Shown here: piece after piece, positions 58,801 to 64,000 of the stretch
How the letters are laid out: the number at the start of each line of letters is the position of its first letter
Position numbering within the stretch: the first letter of the stretch is position 1
DNA from: Eledone cirrhosa
Lineage: Eukaryota
Assembly: GCA_964016885.1 (NCBI GenBank)
Contig: OZ024743.1
Location: 170,872,001-170,936,000, forward strand
DNA length: 64,000 nt
Direction: 5' to 3'
Translations under genes and position numbers: made by a program
Notes under the pieces: model-generated
Seen by the model: the letters and a program-made list of their open reading frames with translations, nothing else
What the model was told of the DNA's origin: nothing
Database searches by the model: none

Positions 58801-61800
58801 ACCATAGTCACAACGTCTGTAATACCACAGTATCAACACCATAGTCACAACTACTGTAAGACCACTGTGTCAACACCACAGTCACAACTACTGTAAGACC
58901 ACTGTATCAACACCACAGTCATAACTACCGTAAGACCACTGTATCAACACCACAGCCACAACTAGTGTCAGACCACTGTATCAACACCACAGTAATAACT
59001 ACTCTAAGACCACTGTATCAACACCACAGTCACAACTACTGTAAGCCAACTGTATCAACAACATAATCACAAGTACTGTAAGACCACTGTATCAACACCA
59101 CAGTCACAACCTCTGTAAGACCACTGAATCAACACCATAGTCACAACTACTGTAAGACCACTGTATCAACACCATAGTCACAACTACTGTAAGAACACTG
59201 TATCAACACCACTGTCATAACTACTGTAAGACCACTGTATCAACACCACAGTCACAACTACTGTAAAACCACTGTATCAACACCACAGCCACAACTACTG
59301 TAAGATCACTGTATCAACACCACAGCCACAACTACTGTAAGACCACTGTATCAACACCATAATCACAACTGATGTAAGACATCTGTATCAACACCGTAGT
59401 CACAACTACTGTAAGACAACTGTATCAACACCACAGTCACAACTACAGTAAGACAACTGTATCAACACAATAGTCACAACTACTATAAGCCCACTGTATC
59501 AACACCATAGTCACAACTACTGTAAGACCACTGTATCAACACCATAGTCACAACGTCTGTAATAGCACAGTATCAACACCATAGTCACAACTACTATAAG
59601 ACCACTGTATCAACACCACAGTCACAACTACTGTAAGACCACTGTATCAACACCACAGCCACAACTAATGTAAACCACTGTATCAACACCATAGTCACAA
59701 CTACTGTAAGACCACTGTATCAACACCACAGCCACAACTAATGTAAGACCAATGTATCAACACTGTAGTCACAACCACTGTAAGACCACTGTATCAACAC
59801 CACAGTCACAACTACAGTAAGAGCACTGTATCAACACCATAGTCACAAATACTGTAAGACCACTGTATCAACACCATAGTCACAACTACTGTAAGACCAC
59901 TGTATGAACACCATAGTCATAACTACGGTAAGACCATTGTATCAACACCATAATCATAACTACTGTAAGCCCACTGTATCAACACCATAGTCATAACGAC
60001 TGTAAGACCACTGTATCAACACTATAGTCACAACTACTGTAATACCATTGTATCAACACCATAGTCACAACTACTGTAAGACCACTGTATGAACACCATA
60101 GTCATAACTACCGTAAGACCATTGTATCAACACCATAATCATAACTACTGTAAGCCCACTGTATCAACACCATAGTCATAAGACCGCTGTATCAACACCA
60201 TAGTCACAACTAATGTAAGACCACTGTATCAACACCACAGTCACAACGTCTGTAAGACCACTGTATCAACACAATAGTTACAACGTTAGTAATACCACTG
60301 TATAAACACCATAGTCACAACCACTGTAAGACCACTGTATCAACACCATAGTCACAACGTTAGTAATACCACTGTATAAACACCATAGTCACAACCACCG
60401 TAAGACCACCGTATCAACACAATAGTCACAACTACTGTAAGACCACTGCATCAACACCATAGTCACAACTACTGTAAGACCACTGTATGAACACAATAGT
60501 CATAACTACCGTAAGACAACTGTATCAACACCATAGTCATAACTACTGTAAGCCCACTGTATCAACACCATAGTCATAACTATTGTAAGACCACTGTATC
60601 AACACCATAGTCACAACTACTGTAATACCACTGTATCAACACCATATTCATAACTACCGTAAGATCACTGTATCAACACCATAGTCATAAGTCCACTGTA
60701 TCAACACTATATTCACATCTACTGTAAGACCACTGTATCAACACCATAGTCATAACTACCGTAATACCACTGTATCAACACCATAGTCACAATTACTGTA
60801 AAACCATTGTATCAACACCATAGTCATAACTAGTGTAAGACCAATGTATCAACACCACAGTCACAACTACAGTAAGACCACCGTATCAACACCATAGTCA
60901 CAACTACTGTAAGACCACTTTATGAACACCATAGTCATAACTACCGTACGACCACTGTATCAACACCATAGTCATAACTACTGTAAGACCACTGTATCAA
61001 CACCATAGTCACAACTACTGTAAGACCACTGTATGAACACCATAGTCACAACTACTGTAAGACCACTGTATCAACACCACAGCCACAACTAGTGTAAGAC
61101 CACTGTATCAACACCACAGTAATAACTACTCTAAGACCACTGTATCAACACCACAGCCACAACTACTGTAAGCCAACTGTATCAACAACATAATCACAAC
61201 TACTGTAAGACCACGGTATCAACACCGTAGTCACAACTACTGTAAGACCACTGTATCAACACCACAGTCACAACGTCTGTAAGACCACTGAATCAACACC
61301 ATAGTCACAACTACTGTAAGACCACTGTATCAACACCACAGCCACAACTACTGTAAGACCACTGTATCAACACCATAATCACAACTAATGTAAGACAACT
61401 GTATCAACACCGTAGTCACAACTACTGTAAGACAACTGTATCCACACCACAGTCACAACTACAGTAAGACAACTGTATGAACACAATAGTCACAACTACT
61501 ATAAGCCCACTGTATCAACACCATAGTCACGACTAATGTAAGACCACTGTATCAACACCATAGTCACAACGTCTGTAATAGCACAGTATCAACACCATAG
61601 TCACAACTACTATAAGACCACTGTATCAACACCACAGTCACAACTACTGTAAGACCACTGTATCAACACCACAGTCATAACTACTGTAAGACCACTGTAT
61701 CAACACCATAGTCACAACTACTGTAAGACCACTGTATGAACACCATAGTCACAACTACTGTAAGACCACTGTATCAACACCACAGTCACAACTACTGTAA

Positions 61801-63470
61801 GACCACTGTATCAACACCACACTCACAACTACTGTAAAACCACTGTATCAACACCACAATCACAACTACTTTAAGACCACTGTATCAACACCATAGTCAC
61901 AACTACTGTAAGACCACTGTATCAACAAAACAGTCACAACTACACTAAGACCATTGTATCAACACCACAGTCACAACTAATGTAAGCCCACTGTATCAAC
62001 ACCATAGTCATAACTACTGTAAGACCACTGTATCAACACCATAGTCATAACTACCGTAAGACCACTGTATCAACACCATAGTCACAAGACCAGTGTATCA
62101 ACACCGTAGTCAGAACTAATGTAAGACCACTGTATCAACACCACAGTCACAACGTCTGTAAGACCACTGTATCAACACAATAGTCACAACTACTATAAGC
62201 CCACTGTATCAACACCATAGTCACAACTACTGTAAGACAACTGTATCAACACCATAGTCACAACGTCTGTAATACCACTGTATCACCACCATAGTCACAA
62301 CTACTGTAAGACCACTGTATCAACACCACAGTCACAACTACAGTAAGACAACTGTATCAACACCATAGTCACTACTACTGTAAGACCACTCTATCAACAC
62401 CATAGTCATAACTACTGTAACACCATTGTATCACCAACATATTCACAACTACTGTATGACCAATGTATCAACACCACAGTCATAACTACTGTAAGACCAC
62501 TGTATCAACACCATAGTCACAACTACTGTAAGACCACTGTATCAACACCATAGTCATAACTACTGTAAGCCCACTGTATCAACACCATAGTCACAACTAC
62601 TGTAAGACCACTGTATCAACACCACAGTCACAACTACTGTAAGATCACTGTATCAACACCATAGTCACAACGTCTGTAATACCACAGTATCAACACCATA
62701 GTCACAACTACTGTAAGACCACTGTGTCAACACCACAGTCACAACTACTGTAAGACCACTGTATCAACACCACAGTCATAACTACCGTAAGACCACTGTA
62801 TCAACACCACAGCCACAAATAGTGTCAGACCACTGTATCAACACCACAGTAATAACTACTCTAAGACCACTGTATCAACACCACAGTCACAACTAATGTA
62901 AGCCAACTGTATCAACAACATAATCACAAGTACTGTAAGACCACTGTATCAACACCACAGTCACAACCTCTGTAAGACCACTGAATCAACACCATAGTCA
63001 CAACTACTGTAAGACCACTGTATCAACACCATAGTCACAACTACTGTAAGAACACTGTATCAACACCACAGTCATAACTACAGTAAGACCACTGTATCAA
63101 CACCACAGTCACAACTACTGTAAAACCACTGTATCAACACCACAGCCACAACTACTGTAAGATCACTGTATCAACACCACAGCCACAACTACTGTAAGAC
63201 CACTGTATCAACACCATAATCACAACTAATGTAAGACATCTGTATCAACACCGTAGTCACAACTACTGTAAGACAACTGTATCAACACCACAGTCACAAC
63301 TACAGTAAGACAACTGTATCAACACAATAGTCACAACTACTATAAGCCCACTGTATCAACACCATAGTCACAACTACTGTAAGACCACTGTATCAACACC
63401 ATAGTCACAACGTCTGTAATAGCACAGTATCAACACCATAGTCACAACTACTATAAGACCACTGTATCAA
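55890..63470. repeat. Tandem duplication, period 3.5-3.9 kb, changing in whole-monomer steps
   Basis: AATGTAAACC at 55921/59667 (3746), TCATAAGTCC at 57161/60685 (3524), ATCAACAAAA at 58101/61921 (3820) and GTAAGACATC at 59374/63231 (3857). Confidence 0.88.
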
Positions 63471-64000
63471 CACCATAGTCACAACTACTGTAAGACCACT
63501 GTATGAACACCATAGTCATAACTACCGTAAGACCATTGTATCAACACCATAATCATAACTACTGTAAGCCCACTGTATCAACACCATATTCATAACTACT
63601 GTAAGACCACTGTATCAACACTATAGTCACAACTACTGTAATACCATTGTATCAACACCATAGTCACAACTACTGTAAGACCACTGTATGAACACCATAG
63701 TCATAACTACCGTAAGACCATTGTATCAACACCATAATCATAACTACTGTAAGACCACTGTATCAACACCATAGTCATAAGACCGCTGTATCAACACCAT
63801 AGTCACAACTAATGTAAGACCACTGTATCAACACCACAGTCACAACGCCTGTAAGACCACTGTATCAACACAATAGTCACAACGTTAGTAATACCACTGT
63901 ATAAACACCATAGTCACAACCACTGTAAGACCACTGTATCAACACAATAGTCACAACTACTGTACGACCACTGTATCAACACCATAGTCACAACGTTAGT

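Larger units (their letters stand above)
1..64000. repeat. 37-bp tandem satellite array, consensus AGACCACTGTATCAACACCATAGTCACAACTACTGTA, ~1,750 head-to-tail monomers, extends beyond both window ends
   Basis: AGACCACTGTATC recurs at 1, 38, 75, 112 and onward to the end of the window. Most monomers differ from consensus at 0-4 positions. The commonest polymorphisms are CCATAG/CCACAG, AGTCAC/AGCCAC, TCACAA/TCATAA and TACTGT/TACCGT/TACAGT. No inversion or unique insertion was seen. Confidence 0.99.
23200..64000. repeat. Satellite sub-domain B (right variant library)
   Basis: ACGTTAGTAATAC (first at ~24178), AACTTCCGT, CCACGGAATC, CATAAGATACTG, TTGTGTCAATAC, TCAAAACCACTG and TACTATAAGCCC recur here. 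I did not see them before ~23.2 kb. Confidence 0.8.

Noticed and set aside
1-64000. CRISPR array (37 bp is a typical CRISPR repeat length)
   Set aside because: Monomers abut directly with no unique spacers, and there is no leader, cas gene or palindromic repeat. The variable positions are point variants of one consensus.
1-64000. Giant Thr-rich mucin- or adhesin-like CDS (frames read TTVSTP and INTIVTTTVR)
   Set aside because: The 37-bp period shifts frame every monomer. Translation gives RPLYQHHSHNYCKTTVSTP*SQLL*DHCINTIVTTTV, with the near-invariant TAA in frame every 111 nt. Indels of 1, 2 and 11 bp are tolerated.
1-64000. Minus-strand ORF
   Set aside because: The minus-strand consensus contains TAG (CAGTAG) and TGA (TGTGAC, GTTGAT), each in frame once every three monomers.
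1-64000. Telomerase-synthesised long telomeric repeat (minus-strand TGGTGT resembles budding-yeast telomere cores)
   Set aside because: The match is only ~6 bp, the array is far longer than yeast telomeres, and variants are inherited in multi-kb duplicated blocks, which indicates recombination or replication-based copying.
1-64000. G-quadruplex or i-motif forming repeat
   Set aside because: The consensus has only two CC/GG dinucleotides per monomer and no runs of three or more.
1-64000. Variant pattern as an encoded message or diversity-generating cassette library
   Set aside because: The variant order is explained by nested duplications and shared ancestry. No recombinase, reverse transcriptase, expression site or target gene is present in the window.
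1-64000. Tandem tRNA, 5S, snRNA or spliced-leader gene array, or an embedded transposon
   Set aside because: The unit is too short, lacks stable secondary structure and Pol III boxes, and no non-satellite segment, terminal repeat or target-site duplication was seen.
1-64000. Sequencing noise as the source of monomer variation
   Set aside because: Rare variants recur at constant offsets (for example 5871, 4809 and 3143 bp) in the same order, which random error cannot produce.

Overview
The whole 64-kb window is one uninterrupted head-to-tail tandem array (satellite DNA) of a 37-bp monomer, consensus AGACCACTGTATCAACACCATAGTCACAACTACTGTA (14 A, 11 C, 8 T, 4 G; no CpG). That is roughly 1,750 monomers, all in one orientation, running off both ends of the window. 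I found no gene, RNA gene, transposon, CRISPR spacer or unique sequence. The monomer length is not a multiple of 3, and all six frames of the consensus hit stop codons within about 111 nt. The information lies in the variants. There are two sub-domains with different diagnostic variants, with a boundary at about 23.2 kb. There is also a hierarchy of nested duplications with periods of about 101, 111, 185, 256, 646, 907, 1414, 2294, 2733, 3143, 3.5-3.9 kb, 4.8 kb, 4964 and 5871 bp. Length variants trace to internal microhomologies, and stepwise mutation series can be followed along the array. A eukaryotic heterochromatic origin (centromeric, subtelomeric or germline-restricted) is an inference, and I do not recognise the family or the organism. 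Offsets were read by eye from diagnostic variants, so block boundaries are approximate (about one monomer or more). The sequence alone does not support a new gene-based system.
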